A DNA stretch of 64,000 nucleotides from assembly GCA_964036045.1 (NCBI GenBank), contig OZ038378.1, forward strand, positions 5,704,001 through 5,768,000. Direction: 5' to 3'. The stretch is from Eutreptiella sp. 'Long Island Sound 2002' (lineage: Eukaryota; Protista; Euglenida). Shown here in pieces: positions 12,901-24,500 of the stretch. The translations under genes and the position numbers were made by a program. How positions within the stretch are numbered: position 1 is the first letter of the stretch; each line of letters opens with the position of its first letter. Below the pieces are notes generated by a model. The model saw nothing but the letters and a program-made list of their open reading frames with translations. It was not told the DNA's origin and did not search any database.

Positions 12901-13089
12901 CAATCGTTCCACCTCCCAGTGCTATTACGGTTAATCGGCCCCTTTCATTCCTCTCCACCTTTGAGACTGTGAGACAGGAATCCTTTCGACCATTTCCCCC
13001 ATTTCCTCTTGTTTATGACTTATTTTACATTCTATGCCGATTAGTTCCATCAGAGGGGTGTGGATTACTGAGCTTGAATGTGCATCACA

Positions 13090-13295
13090 CCCCTAATGGA
13101 CCATGGGAACACGCTCCCTTCATGTTTAGAAGACAACTACAAGCAAGTCAGCCACCAAGCAAGATGGAGGGGATGAGGTTGAGGTTTCGCAATGTTCTTC
13201 CAGCAGTACACCACCACATTTTGTGGTGAATGTAAGGGAAAGTATTGTGCAGAGTGGTTTGACACACCCCTGTGCGGAGAAAATTGTTTATTGAG
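13090..13295 (+). mobile_element. Transposase C-terminal remnant (GPWEHxP + Cys finger)
   Basis: NGPWEHAP (~13097-13120), then in another frame QQYTTTFCGECKGKYCAEWFDTPLCG; homologous to 28445-28666 and 29830-29940. Confidence 0.6.
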
Positions 13296-14531
13296 GCACA
13301 AGATATGTTGCATTTGTTGTGCAAAGGGAATTGACATATTTGGTTTTATGTTGTGTGCTCTATAGGGAAGGGGTTGCAGTTGATTGTCGTTGATTCTGGT
13401 CTGCTTGTGGGGTTAGTCTCAGGGCTAAGGTCAGGATATTTTGCACAAACGTAGTGTGTTGGGTGGGCACTGGGCAAACATTCCCTACAAGAGGAAATTC
13501 CTTTGCACCGCACTGCCCCTGGGGACTTGACCCAAGGTCTATCATGGAACAATTAATTTAGCTTCATGGCAAAGGGACCACAAGACATGGACATGGATAG
13601 CTCAACCCTAGTTTTGGGCCTTTTTCACAAGCGGCCTGGTTTTGTTGGGTGGAAAGTGAGTTCAATTCAAATGATAGCATCCATCTCATCTTCTGCCTTC
13701 CCTCTCCTCCCCTCTCCCCCTTCCTACCATGAATATTGCTTCCAGGCTCATGGCTGCTGAAGGTAGGCCGCCATGAAGCCGGCCCTCCACAGGGCGCCTC
13801 AGGAGTATGCAGAAGAAGCCACTGACCCAGGCATAATCCATGCAGCAGCTGAATGGCCGTGAAAAAAACGGTGATAGTTGCGGGGATGAGCAACATGCAC
13901 ATAGTGGAATGTATCATAGTTGTGACATTACAGCCTCCACATGAACTGGACAGAATTTCGTCGTGAACACATGCGCTGCCAAGATCCCGGTGTGTGGAGC
14001 AGTGCAAGCCACACAATTTGGCAAACGTACGTACATTACACGGGGATCTGCAACAGACCTGCGGATGGCAAATGCAATGCGTTGCACACTTCCACTGCAT
14101 TTTATGTGTTTCAATTATCAATTGATGAATTGTCAGGGCGCATGTTTGGTTTTGCAAGTGCCGTGGCCAACCATATCAACAACACATACTAGATGGAAGG
14201 CATCTGATTTATTGCTGCTTTTTAGCTTTCTCACCATGTGACAAGACTCCCTAAGCATGATCAAAGAAACACAACAAGGGCTGCAGACACATTGGAGACA
14301 GCAGCAGGGCAGGGCTGTACATGGGCAAGCTGCAGGGCAGGTGCTTGAATGGGCACTGAGGGAATGCCATGCACGCAGTGCGCACGCATTGCGAAGTTTT
14401 GGATGTCGGCAAATACTCGAACCCTAGTTTTGGCCCCTTTTCACAAGTTTTTGGTTCCGTACCAGGGTTTTTTTTGGCTTCCCAAGCATTTAGGATGTGG
14501 CATATTTGAATTGTCAACCATTTCCCCCTAG

Positions 14532-14962
14532 AAGAGGCCCATCGACAAAGTGTACACAGTCAACACGGCCCGGATCTCGACGTCGTCATTGCCGACACTG
14601 CAGCGAGCCTGGTATCCGTAGAGGCGGTTCAATTCGCCCTGCAGAGTACTCTTTCCGACAGATAGTACGTGCACCAAAACCTTGGTCGACTTCAAGGTGA
14701 TTCTCGAACCGAGATGCTCAAGATCATCGATCGGTATGGCCACGTCCACAACTGCAGAGAAGTCAACGTGGTCATCGTCGCTCGAAGGCTCTCGATCGCC
14801 GATACTCGATGGTGGCGAGTCGACACCAAGACCGGACAGTTCTTCTTCGATGATGCCGTTGGTTATAACTACAACCAGAAGTATCGATGGACACCTAGCC
14901 AACCCTATGGTATTGACACCTTTCAGTCTTCCCTCTAGTAAACAGGTGACAGGTATTCTTGG
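14532..14962 (+). pseudogene. TCGA-rich frameshifted coding island of unknown origin
   Basis: About 11 TCGA sites in ~430 bp. C-ending codon runs switch frame (KRPIDKVYTVN / TKTLVDFKVILE / TEMLKIIDRYGHVHN...DDAVGYNYNQKYRW). Bounded by ccccctag| and |gtgagt, but no frame is open end to end. Confidence 0.4.
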
Positions 14963-15179
14963 GTGAGTATCCTAGCCTCTGCGCGCACAATATGCACGCA
15001 GTGCGCACGCAGTGCAAACACTTAGCCTGAGGTGCAGGGTAGGGGCATTGATAGGCATTCAGCATGGTTGGTCCATATTTGCATGTTGATGGGAGCCTGT
15101 TAAGGGGGGCAGTGCCTATGCACTGAGGAATTGGGTTTGCTCATGGCAGGGATGCAGATTTACTCACACTATACACTAC

Positions 15180-15191
15180 GTTTTCTCAGTC
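15180..15191 (+). promoter_or_regulatory. Putative 3' splice acceptor before the ABC transporter ATG
   Basis: gttttctcag|tcATG. Confidence 0.5.
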
Positions 15192-16037
15192 ATGTCGGCG
15201 CTGCTCCCAATTTTGGGGCTTGTATTTCAAGCTTTGGTCATTGCAGAGGCCGACCCCACCACATGCTGCGATTTCTGGGCAGTTGACCAGCCTGAACCCT
15301 GTGTCAATGCCTCTTCCCCAGACCACTATCAGCAGCAGGGATGCCGCATAAATGGGACTTGCGACCTCAACCACGTCCAACGAATCGAGGGCCATGACTA
15401 TGGCACATGCATATGTGAAGCATCGACTGACGGGATTCCTCGGAACACGAGTAGTCCTCACTGTTGCTGGCCTGGAACTATGGGTGCGGACTGCGAATTC
15501 TGCAACGGAGAACTCATCCCCGATGGTGTTAAGAAATACCCGTCCACAGCTCCAGATCCCACCCGCTGCTGGCCTCCTGACACCTGCAACACTTCAGTAC
15601 TCTCCCACACTAATCACAAGGGCTTCATGTGCGACGTTCACGATCCCCACATCAAAGCCATGCTGCAGGCTGGCTTTAAGCAGTACTCCCAAGGCACTGT
15701 GCAGACGTCTGTCCAATGTCGAGGGGATTTCTTGAGGGGCAACAGCTCGGAGGAAAATTTCGATTCAGTGATGTACCACTGCCAGAACAGCACTTGCGAC
15801 TGCCATGACTGTTCCGCTTTCGTGAAGGCGATGATGGATGCCATACACACAAACATGTACCTGCAGTGCTGGCCCAACGGGACGTGTTGGTTCTGGCAAC
15901 AGGAGCTGCTCGGGGCATTGAAAATCAATCTGACATGCACTGGGTCTGAATGCATCAGGGCATCAAATCACACCCCAAACCAGACTCCGTTCTTAGGCAC
16001 CGAGCCTGCCGGATTTGCATCTCCAGATGTCTACCAG
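15192..16037 (+). CDS. ABCG (ADP1-like) transporter exon 1: signal peptide + Cys-rich/EGF-like ectodomain
   Basis: MSALLPILGLVFQALVIAEA signal-like start; many Cys and N-x-S/T sites (CCWPGTMGADCEFC); 282 codons ending TACCAG|GT (phase 0). Linkage to the downstream ABC exons is inferred from strand, phase and the known ADP1 architecture. Confidence 0.75.
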
Positions 16038-16949
16038 GTGCCCTGCTGTTGTTCTCCTCATCCCCTCCCATCCCTGCCTCCCTGTCCATGCCCCACCCAC
16101 GTCTACGGGTGACGTACCCTTTCTAGCAGCAGCAAGCACTCATGAAATGGTGAAAAATCAGATTCCGTTGTGGTCGTTCGCATTCAGCCGAAATTTTGGT
16201 GAACGACACTTATGAGTATGAAATAAAATCATGCAACATTGGTAGCCAGGAATGCCCCCCACCCCCCACCCCACCCCCTCTGTTTCATGTCCAACTTGGT
16301 ACAAGAGGATTCAGTAGCTAGTGCATGGTTGGTGGGCAGATTACAGGTGACATGCAGTAAGGTGCCCTGGGCTTGTGTTCACCTACGAGCACCGGCATTT
16401 ATGCATCAATGCACGCGAAGGAAGGAGGTTAACAGGTCGTTTTGAAAGGTGATGGTACACATGCCGCACCTGCAAGATCCAGTTGTGTGTGAGGCCCCCC
16501 TCATGTCCAAGCTGCGCTGGGGGGAGGGGGGGGCATAAGTAAGGTCTGCACTAGCTGTACCAATTTGCTACCTAAGTTTGTTTCGGTCCCAATTGTTAAC
16601 GTGATGAGAGATCGTTGATCGACGTGCAGTTTTGGTTATTTGCTGAGTCACATTACCTGGATTGTGATTTGGTTGACCTTCTTCCATCCATTTGGCACCA
16701 ATCTTTTGTTCTGAGCCACACCACCCTTTTGTGTGCAGCATTGAATTGCAACCATTCTTTGGCTGTGCCAGAGAGGTGCTCTACATGTTTACGAATTGGA
16801 GAATGGGGCACGTGTACCTGCTGCAATCAAGGGCCCCTCAGAGCGTGGGATGATTTTATGGTCATTGAGTACATGAAGGCACACCCCCCCCCCTCAAAAG
16901 GGATGTGCACCCCCCCCCCCCACCACCACTCAAACGGACTGGGCTGCAG

Positions 16950-17205
16950 GATCTCACACTGACCAGCCAGCGAGTTTCACAGCAAATTGATTTTTCTGTG
17001 GCCACTCCTCCGGCCATCCCCCATGACTCAGCCGGGGCAGGGTCCATCCTGTCGGCTCTTAAATTGAAACTGCTCTCAGAGCCAGAAGACAACATGTGGT
17101 CGAACTCTTCTGTGCAAAGTGACTGTGAAAATGACACAGCCTCAACTTTTTCGTGGGCGGCGAGCTCAGACGGTTTCAGTACTGATGTCATCGATTTCCG
17201 CTTGC
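16950..17205 (+). CDS. Candidate internal exon 2 of the ABCG gene
   Basis: ctgcag|GAT phase-0 acceptor, 85 open codons (DLTLTSQR...TASTFSWAASSDGFSTDVIDFRL); the donor is non-canonical (C|GCTAAGT). Confidence 0.45.
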
Positions 17206-17888
17206 GCTAAGTCTTGTGTCCTCTGTCGCACAGTGTTGCATGCATCATAGTATCATCAGTAGCTTTAAGGGGTTCAGGCTCACACTGCCCCCATGCACCA
17301 AAGCTGTTTGCTTCTTGTCATTCTCATAGGCCCGATGGGTGCCGAGAAGGACAAGCAGAGCTAACAGCCAGCAGATTTCCAAATACTTTGTCCATACCTA
17401 ACATGGACAGCCATTGGTTTTGCCGCTGTGCTGTGTGACGTTCTTCATATTCTGACTGTACTTAGAGTTGGCAGCATGATTGATGAAACACAACACATTG
17501 GACTAACGGTTGAAAGTGCCCATGACGGGGGCATTCAGTCAATGAGAACCAACCATTGCTCTCTCCGAGAGATTCATTAGAACGGTTGACAACCATAGGA
17601 GGAGGGGGGGTACCCCCTGGACCCCTCCCCCTCCTGGACCCAGGTGTCACAGTGGGAAAAAATGAAATTTCCAAGAGTGAATATTGATTTGGGCCATTTT
17701 TGTTACACAAACTTTGGGGTTCTAGAACCCCCCCCTGCTCTCTTCTAATACATCCCTGCCCCCCCCCCCGTTTGTCGCCTTGGGATAAAGGACACCATGT
17801 ATGATGTGCTTGTCAAAGCTCCATGGGGCGTAGGTACCTTCCTAATGGCATAGCCTGCACAAGGGGGGTTTACAATATGCACGCACAG

Positions 17889-18031
17889 GCACACAGGCAC
17901 GGCAGTGTCTCCCTCCCATGAGTGCCACTCTATGGGGGTGTCAGCAGTCCGGCAGGCCTTGCGACCGGACGCCTGGGTACGCTGCGCCCAGCCGAGTCCC
18001 GCAGGGAAGGCAGCACGGACCGTGGGACAAG
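17889..18031 (+). CDS. Candidate internal exon 3 of the ABCG gene
   Basis: GC-rich CLPPMSATLWGCQQSGRPCDRTPGY...GPWDK ending AAG|GT at 18031. The acceptor is either AG 17887-8 (phase 1, compatible with exon 2) or AG 17904-5 (phase 0). Confidence 0.45.
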
Positions 18032-18283
18032 GTGACCAGCACAGGCCTCAGCCCAACCCAACCCAACCCCGACTTCCCCCTCGCAATATGGACCTCCAAA
18101 AGATCATGGACCTCCAAAAATGGCATTCATTTTCATATCCCCCTCCCCCCCCGCCATCCCGCCATGGGGCCCTTGGCCCACTCCTCCGCCGTGATCTTGA
18201 AAGTCAGTGCTGCGAGCAGCAGTTGGCCAACCACTGTCAGCCTCAGGCGCACACCTCTCCATGCATGCCCTCGCATACTGCAG

Positions 18284-18958
18284 GGTGGCATCGATGACAA
18301 GGCCCTGTGTGAGGCGACATTCCTCCTGTTTCACGACAAGTTCTGGTCGCGCCCCATCAACACTGAAAAGGTCCTGAAGTGCCATTTCAGGAACTGCGAG
18401 AAGATAATTCAGCACGAGACCCCTGTCCCACAGCCCTCGTACGGCATCGTCTCGTTCGTGGTGGTGCCCATCTTCCTTGTGGTGGTTGGCAGCATTCTGG
18501 CGATGTGCTATTTCAGTCGGCTGCGGTACCGTCAGAAGTACTGGACCCAGACACAAAGCAATAGGCCACAGCGCATCCGCGTCACTTGCCAAGACATCGG
18601 CTACCAAGTGACCACAAAGGAGGGCAGCCGCACGATCTTGCACCCGACGTCTTGCCACCTGCAGAGCGGCCGCACCCTGGCCATCATGGGCTCCTCAGGG
18701 GCCGGCAAGACCACGTTCCTGGACATTGTGGCGGGCCGTCTCAAGACGGGCAGCGTGACAGGCTGCCTGCTGGTGAACGGGGTCCCCTTGGATTCGGCCG
18801 CAGCCTTGCAGACATACCGCCAGTACGTGTGCGCGTACGTCATGCAGGACGACTGCCTGCCGGCGTACCTCACCACGGAGGAGTGTGTGTTATACTCCGC
18901 CAAGCTCCGGTTACCGCTCGGGATGCCCTTGGAGGAGAAGCAGGCGCGAGTGGAAGAG
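18284..18958 (+). CDS. ABCG transporter exon: TM helix + N-terminal NBD
   Basis: ctgcag|GGT; hydrophobic GIVSFVVVPIFLVVVGSILAMCYF; Walker A GSSGAGKT (18689-18712); Q-loop YVMQDD; ends GAG|GT; 225 codons. Confidence 0.92.
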
Positions 18959-19909
18959 GTGTGCGAGGGCCCTGCAAGGGCATGTCCCCGGCCCGCATTC
19001 AGACATCGGGGCTGGCGGTATGGGGCAGCACAGCGGCCTCAGTGGGAAGCAGCTGCACCCAGCGCATGACTTGGCAGGCCCTGGCCCCACCGAATGATGT
19101 CTGTTGTGGTCCATGACGACAGCGTGTGTTGAGGCATTGATGTCCTGCCCATCCCCTTTGACTGCCGAAGGCTTTGACCGCATTTCTGGTGCCTGAACTT
19201 GTCCTGATTCGGCTCATTGTTATTGTCAAAGCAGAGCGCTGGAAGATGATGTCAAAGGCATGGGAGAGTGTGCGTAGATAAGCGCGTCGCATCATCGTTC
19301 GCCCTCCAGCACGGCCACGCGAGATTGCGTTGTGGTCGTTGAAGAAGGAGCGCAGGCGAATCTCCGTCCTGGCACTTCTTTTGCGCTGTCGCGGACCTGG
19401 TCTGTGGTCTGCCCTGTATGGGGTGGCTGCACAATGCGCGATGCTGCAGTAAGCGTACGCTTGACCCCCCCCCCCCCCCCCCAAAAGCAAGGGAAGCCAC
19501 ACAACACAGTCAGGACGATTGTATGGTCCAGTCTGGCCAACAACGGAGACATATGGGATTGTCCTGCAAGTTTGCTTTTTGCCATGTTTTTCGCAATCGG
19601 TCAATTGCACCCCCCCCCCCCTGGCCCCTGGCTGTGGAGTGCATTACCTCTGGTTTGCATTTGTCTGTTTTTTAATTAGGTCACACACCCCCCCCTGGCC
19701 CCTCCTGCAGTCCAGTGGGATGACCGATTCTGGCCTCTGATCACGCACATTCCATAGCCGTCATGCGTAAGGCGTCATTTGACACAGAGACAGCCTTCTC
19801 TGAGTCGTGAGGGAGACAGCCAATGGTACATTCTGAGCGTTTCAGTGAAGTGACAGGCCGTAGCCCACACCTCCCCCCATACGTCCCACGCCCCCCCCTC
19901 CCTCGGCAG

Positions 19910-21520
19910 GTGCTGGAGGAACTGGGGCTGTCCCATGTGTCCAACACCCGCATCGGCAGCGCCTCCAAACGCGGCCTCTCCGGGGGGGAGATGAAGCGCG
20001 TCAGCATCGCCATGCAGATGGTGATCCGCCCCCAGATGATCGTGCTGGACGAGCCCACGAGCGGACTGGACTCGTACAATGCGCATCAAGTCATGGAGCA
20101 CCTCCTCAAGGCCTTCCAGCCGGGCGCCGACGCAGTGATCCTCCCGGACCTTGCGGACAAGGCCGACGCGCCCTCGGACACGGAGGACGAGCCCCGGGCG
20201 CCGCTGTACAAGGGGCAGAGCTCGGACACGTATTTGCCGGTGGTGGCCTTCAGCATCCACCAGCCCTCCGAGGCCATCTTCAGGCTGTTTGACCAGCTCA
20301 TGCTCTTCTCCTACGGCCGGGCGCTGTACCACGGCCGCGCGGCCGAGGCGCTGCCCCACTTCCAAAGCCTCGGCCACCCCTACACCCCCGGGGCCAACCC
20401 GGCGGACTGGCTCCTGTTCCTCACCACCGACGCCGCCGGACTGTACGGGGCTGACACTCGGCTGCCGGGGGACGGCGGCGGTGGCCCGGCGCCTCCGTCT
20501 GCGCCTGCCGGGCTCGTCGCCGTGGATGTGGTCTCGCCCGACGCCCCTGACACGACCTCCGTGCTGAAGGAGTTCCAGGAGTCCATGCGCTACTACCCGG
20601 AGTTCCTGGAGCAGGTTCCGGTCCTCTGGTGGCGCGTGTGGGTGTCCATGAGGCGCAACCCGCTGCTGCTGCAGGCGCATTTGGTGGTGACCATCATTCT
20701 GGGGCTGTTCGTGGGGGTCCTGTACAAGTCGTTCGACGACTGCGCCATTCAGCCCCCGGGCCCGTGCGAGCCCGACCTCTCCGGGGTCTGGAACCGCGCG
20801 GGCGGCTTCTTCTTCCTGCTGGCCTTCCTGTCGCTGGGGTCGATGAGCGTCATCGACGCGTTTCAGAGCGAGCGCGTGCTCTTCGCCCGGGAGCGCGCGT
20901 CCGGGTACTACAGCACCAGCGCGTACCTCCTGCCGAAGCTGCTGCTGGACTTTATCCCGCTGCGGGTGGTGCCCGCGCTGATCCTGGGCAGCATCATCTA
21001 CCACAAGATCGACCTCGGGGGCGACGTCACCTTCGGGATGGGCCTGCGCTCGGGCTTGACGCACTTCACGTGGTTCCTCACCATCTTCTCGCTGTTCAAC
21101 GTCTGTGCCTCTGGCATGTGCATCACGATCTCGGCCATCTGCCCCACGTTCGGGTTGGCGGCACTCGTGTCCACATTGTACCTCCTATTCCTGATGGTGT
21201 TTGGCGGGGTGTACATCCGCATGGACTCGATGCCCGAGTCACTGCACTGGATGCGGTATATGTCTTTCTTCAGCTCCGCGTTCGAATTGCTGATGGTCAA
21301 CGAGATCAACGGCCGCACGGTGCTGTTCAACCCGGTGGATGCCAACGGCAACCACATGTACTCTGTGCCCCAGACAGGGACGGTCTTCCTGCGCAACATG
21401 GGGCTGGTGCCCACGGCGGCTCAGTGGAAAATGGATGCGCTGCTCCTTCTGGGGCTCACGGTGATGTACGTGGTCCTGGCGGGGCTCTGTCTGCACTTTG
21501 TCAATAGGGAGCGGCGATAG
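19910..21520 (+). CDS. ABCG transporter last exon: C-terminal NBD + ABC2-type TMD
   Basis: ggcag|GTG; signature LSGGEMKR, Walker B IVLDEPTSGLD, H-loop SIHQP, six hydrophobic segments, FERERASGYY-like LFARERASGYY; stop TAG 21518-21520. Confidence 0.95.
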   Translation: MLEELGLSHVSNTRIGSASKRGLSGGEMKRVSIAMQMVIRPQMIVLDEPTSGLDSYNAHQVMEHLLKAFQPGADAVILPDLADKADAPSDTEDEPRAPLYKGQSSDTYLPVVAFSIHQPSEAIFRLFDQLMLFSYGRALYHGRAAEALPHFQSLGHPYTPGANPADWLLFLTTDAAGLYGADTRLPGDGGGGPAPPSAPAGLVAVDVVSPDAPDTTSVLKEFQESMRYYPEFLEQVPVLWWRVWVSMRRNPLLLQAHLVVTIILGLFVGVLYKSFDDCAIQPPGPCEPDLSGVWNRAGGFFFLLAFLSLGSMSVIDAFQSERVLFARERASGYYSTSAYLLPKLLLDFIPLRVVPALILGSIIYHKIDLGGDVTFGMGLRSGLTHFTWFLTIFSLFNVCASGMCITISAICPTFGLAALVSTLYLLFLMVFGGVYIRMDSMPESLHWMRYMSFFSSAFELLMVNEINGRTVLFNPVDANGNHMYSVPQTGTVFLRNMGLVPTAAQWKMDALLLLGLTVMYVVLAGLCLHFVNRERR

Positions 21521-24500
21521 GCGCATTGTGGGCACTGGCGCCCGGGGCCTGTGTTGAGCAGAGGTGTTGTGCCTTGGGATGTGTGCCTGTGCGTGTGCAT
21601 GTGGGTGTTGATGTGTGTATGCGTGTGGGCGTGGGGGTGTGGGTGTAGGTGTCTGCAGAGGGAACAGCACGGCAATGAGCGCAGCGTTGGGTCGTTCCGG
21701 ATGGCGAATGCCGCAAGGCCATGCGGCATTCCAGTGCATGACTGAGGGCCTCCCTCGTGGACATCATGATTGGGTCGGAGACCGCTGACATCACCTGACT
21801 GGTGTCCCGCTCTCTGCCTTCCTCTTACAGAAAAGCGCTCAGTGGTTTCATCCATATGTCTCCTTGTGTGTTATGTTCTGCACGATGAGAGCTTCACGAC
21901 ACTTGGAGCTGTTGCGGAGGGTTGGGGAGGGTGTAATTTAGTATGGCAAACTTTTGGCGCCAGAAAAGTCTGCCACCTTTTTCTACTGTTCCTCTAGTGT
22001 TCTAGTGTGTAATTTTTGCTAGATGTTCTTGTAGTGTACCAGCCCCCAAGCTCTCAAGGCTCTGGTGAGACCCATCCCCAGTGGGTAGAGTCGGAGCTGC
22101 AATGGATCTCCTTCTGACCCAAAGCCCCACCCCTGTGTAGTTGCACCTGGTCTGCACAACATTGCGGTCAGCAGGGGGGGAGGATGGAAGGAAGTGTGCA
22201 GAAGGGAAAGGAATGAACTTCTAGTGTGCAGACTGAGGGGCAAATTGAGGTACCGACCACCACCCTGTTACGTTTGCATGCATTGATTCAGTCCTTCCTC
22301 TGTGGGGGGGAGAAAGGGGTGGCCAGCCGCAGGTTTGAGGGCTGGTGTGGGAAACAGGGAGCAATAGAGCCACCGTTTTTTGGTTGATGTTTCTATGCCA
22401 GGCTTGTGTCACTCTGGGTCATGTGTACAAGGTATGCTCTTTGTGCTTCATGAGTGCATGCTTTTGCAGACACCATGTGTCTTCCTTGCGCTGCAGGCAA
22501 TCAGATGTCAGCAGACTGGATCGCAGCCCTAATAGTGAGCCTTCTGTGCACCCATCAGCTCCTCTTTTCATACGGCTGGGATGCATGCGGGACGGTTGGA
22601 GCAGGAAGTTGCAGCACCGAGACCTATGCGGGGAGGTCATGTGCATTTGAGACCTTTCAACACCAAGCGTTTGGAGGGGCATGGGTATGCAGACGTGTCA
22701 CATTCAGGATTTCATGTGCCACCCGTTTACAGGGGGGGGGGGGGGCAGATAGCTTCCCCACCTCACACACTGATCAACTTCGAACAGGCCCACTGCATTG
22801 GACGCATTTAATCGGGCAGCACACTCTCTTCGCGTGTCTCTTCCCGCGAATGAGGGTTGTGTTGTCCCTGATGGACGCCCTATCTCCCCCTATGTGTCAA
22901 TTCTAAAAGCCCCTTGCTATACACAGTAGTGGAGCAGTGTTGAGGAGTGTTGTTCCTTGAGCGCTGCAACCATGCCACCCCATACCGATATTCTGGAGGA
23001 AATACCTGCACTAGAAGTTGCTGTGAAGCAATTCCAGCAACCCCAGGAGTCACGAAGTAATTGCGACCAGCCTCTTCAACCCCCCTTCCCTTCTGTGACC
23101 AATTTTTTGGCAATGGCAGTGCCCCACCACATGATCATACTCTTGGCGAGGAGAGCATTTCAGGCCTCCTGGAACATTGCAAGGAGGCTTTTGTTGTATA
23201 GTACACTGTGAGTATCCATGGTTGTATTGTGCCGTTGTACAACAGCTTTGTTATCAAGTTCTGACCTGTTTCTGCAACTGCGGTGAGTGGGGATGATGGT
23301 GAATGCGCCCAATCCAACCCCCATGTAACCCCAAAGTTGATAAAAAAAGCAGAAAATTACCTCAAAGAGGTTGTTAGAGCAAGCACACCCACAACATGCC
23401 ATATACCCCCATTTTGGGGATGGTCTTGTTTTTTTTTTTTCAGGCATGGCGGTCCCCGGCCGAAAGCATTGCACCAAAGCGGCCTGACCACGGGCAAAAC
23501 GTTCATGGCAAGCCGAAGTTCACCTTGAAGAGCGAATTATGTACAAAGGATCCAAACCCAGGGTGCTGAGCACTACAAGATTGCACCAAAGGCCTAAGAT
23601 TGGGCGCGATGCACACTAAATTGCCGAGGCAAGCTGGGTGCAAAGGGATAAATGCATCGCGGCACTGGAAAAAATAGAAAAATAAATAGCGAGTGAAATA
23701 GAAAAAGAAAAAGCGAGTGTGAGACAAGAATATATGAACGGACTGGTGCAGTCCGTGGGGCAGTGGCGCGGGGCGGCAGCGGGAGGGGGGGGGGGTGCCC
23801 TGGATGCCGGGGAAAACCAGGAGGGGAGAGGGGAAAGTGTGTGAGAGGTATGGGGGAGTATGTGTTGTGCTGTGACTGGCTGGGAGTGTGGTGTGTGGCG
23901 CTGGGGGGTAGAGAGGAGGGGTGGTTTGGTTGTAGCATACCCCAATGTATGAAATTGGATATTTAAACCGTTGTAAAATTCTCATTTTGAGAGATAAACT
24001 AGTGCCCCGATGAACTTTTCTCTACTCACCACTTCCCCCCCCCCCTCCCCCTCAGTCGGCCCAAATTTCAGCCACCACAAAGCGAGGGTGCAGGCGGTGG
24101 ACTCGTTTCCCTTGGGGACCAGGAAACAGGGGAGTAGACCTTTTGCTGCCCCTACCCCCCCCAACAGAAATGGGGCTGGACCAAAAGCAGGCTACCCCCC
24201 CCCCCCCCCAAGCATGCCCTCGCACCCTCACTGCAGGCCGATACATGGTGATCGAGGTCCCTCCCCTCGCGGCAAGGGGGCGGACGCCAAACGACGAGTA
24301 TGTTGGGATCTGGGACCCGCATGGTCACCTCGCAGGTGGTCCTCCTCTCCCAAACAAGTGAGCACCACGAGCCAATAAACGGACAGGTAGACTCATCCAC
24401 CACTCTACCCCCCCCCCCCCCAGCCTGCGCCCCCGACGGGAGGGGTGCACGGCGTTGGCGCCCTCAAGGCCTGAAAAGTGGAGGCCGTGAAAGGCTCACA

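Noticed and set aside
14528-14971. Minus-strand 124-147-aa ORF as the true gene of the TCGA island
   Set aside because: Its V/D/L/G-rich content is typical of an antisense frame; third-position bias favours the plus strand, though this is not excluded.
19775-21064. 429-aa minus-strand ORF
   Set aside because: Antisense shadow of the GC3-rich ABC exon; no motifs of its own.
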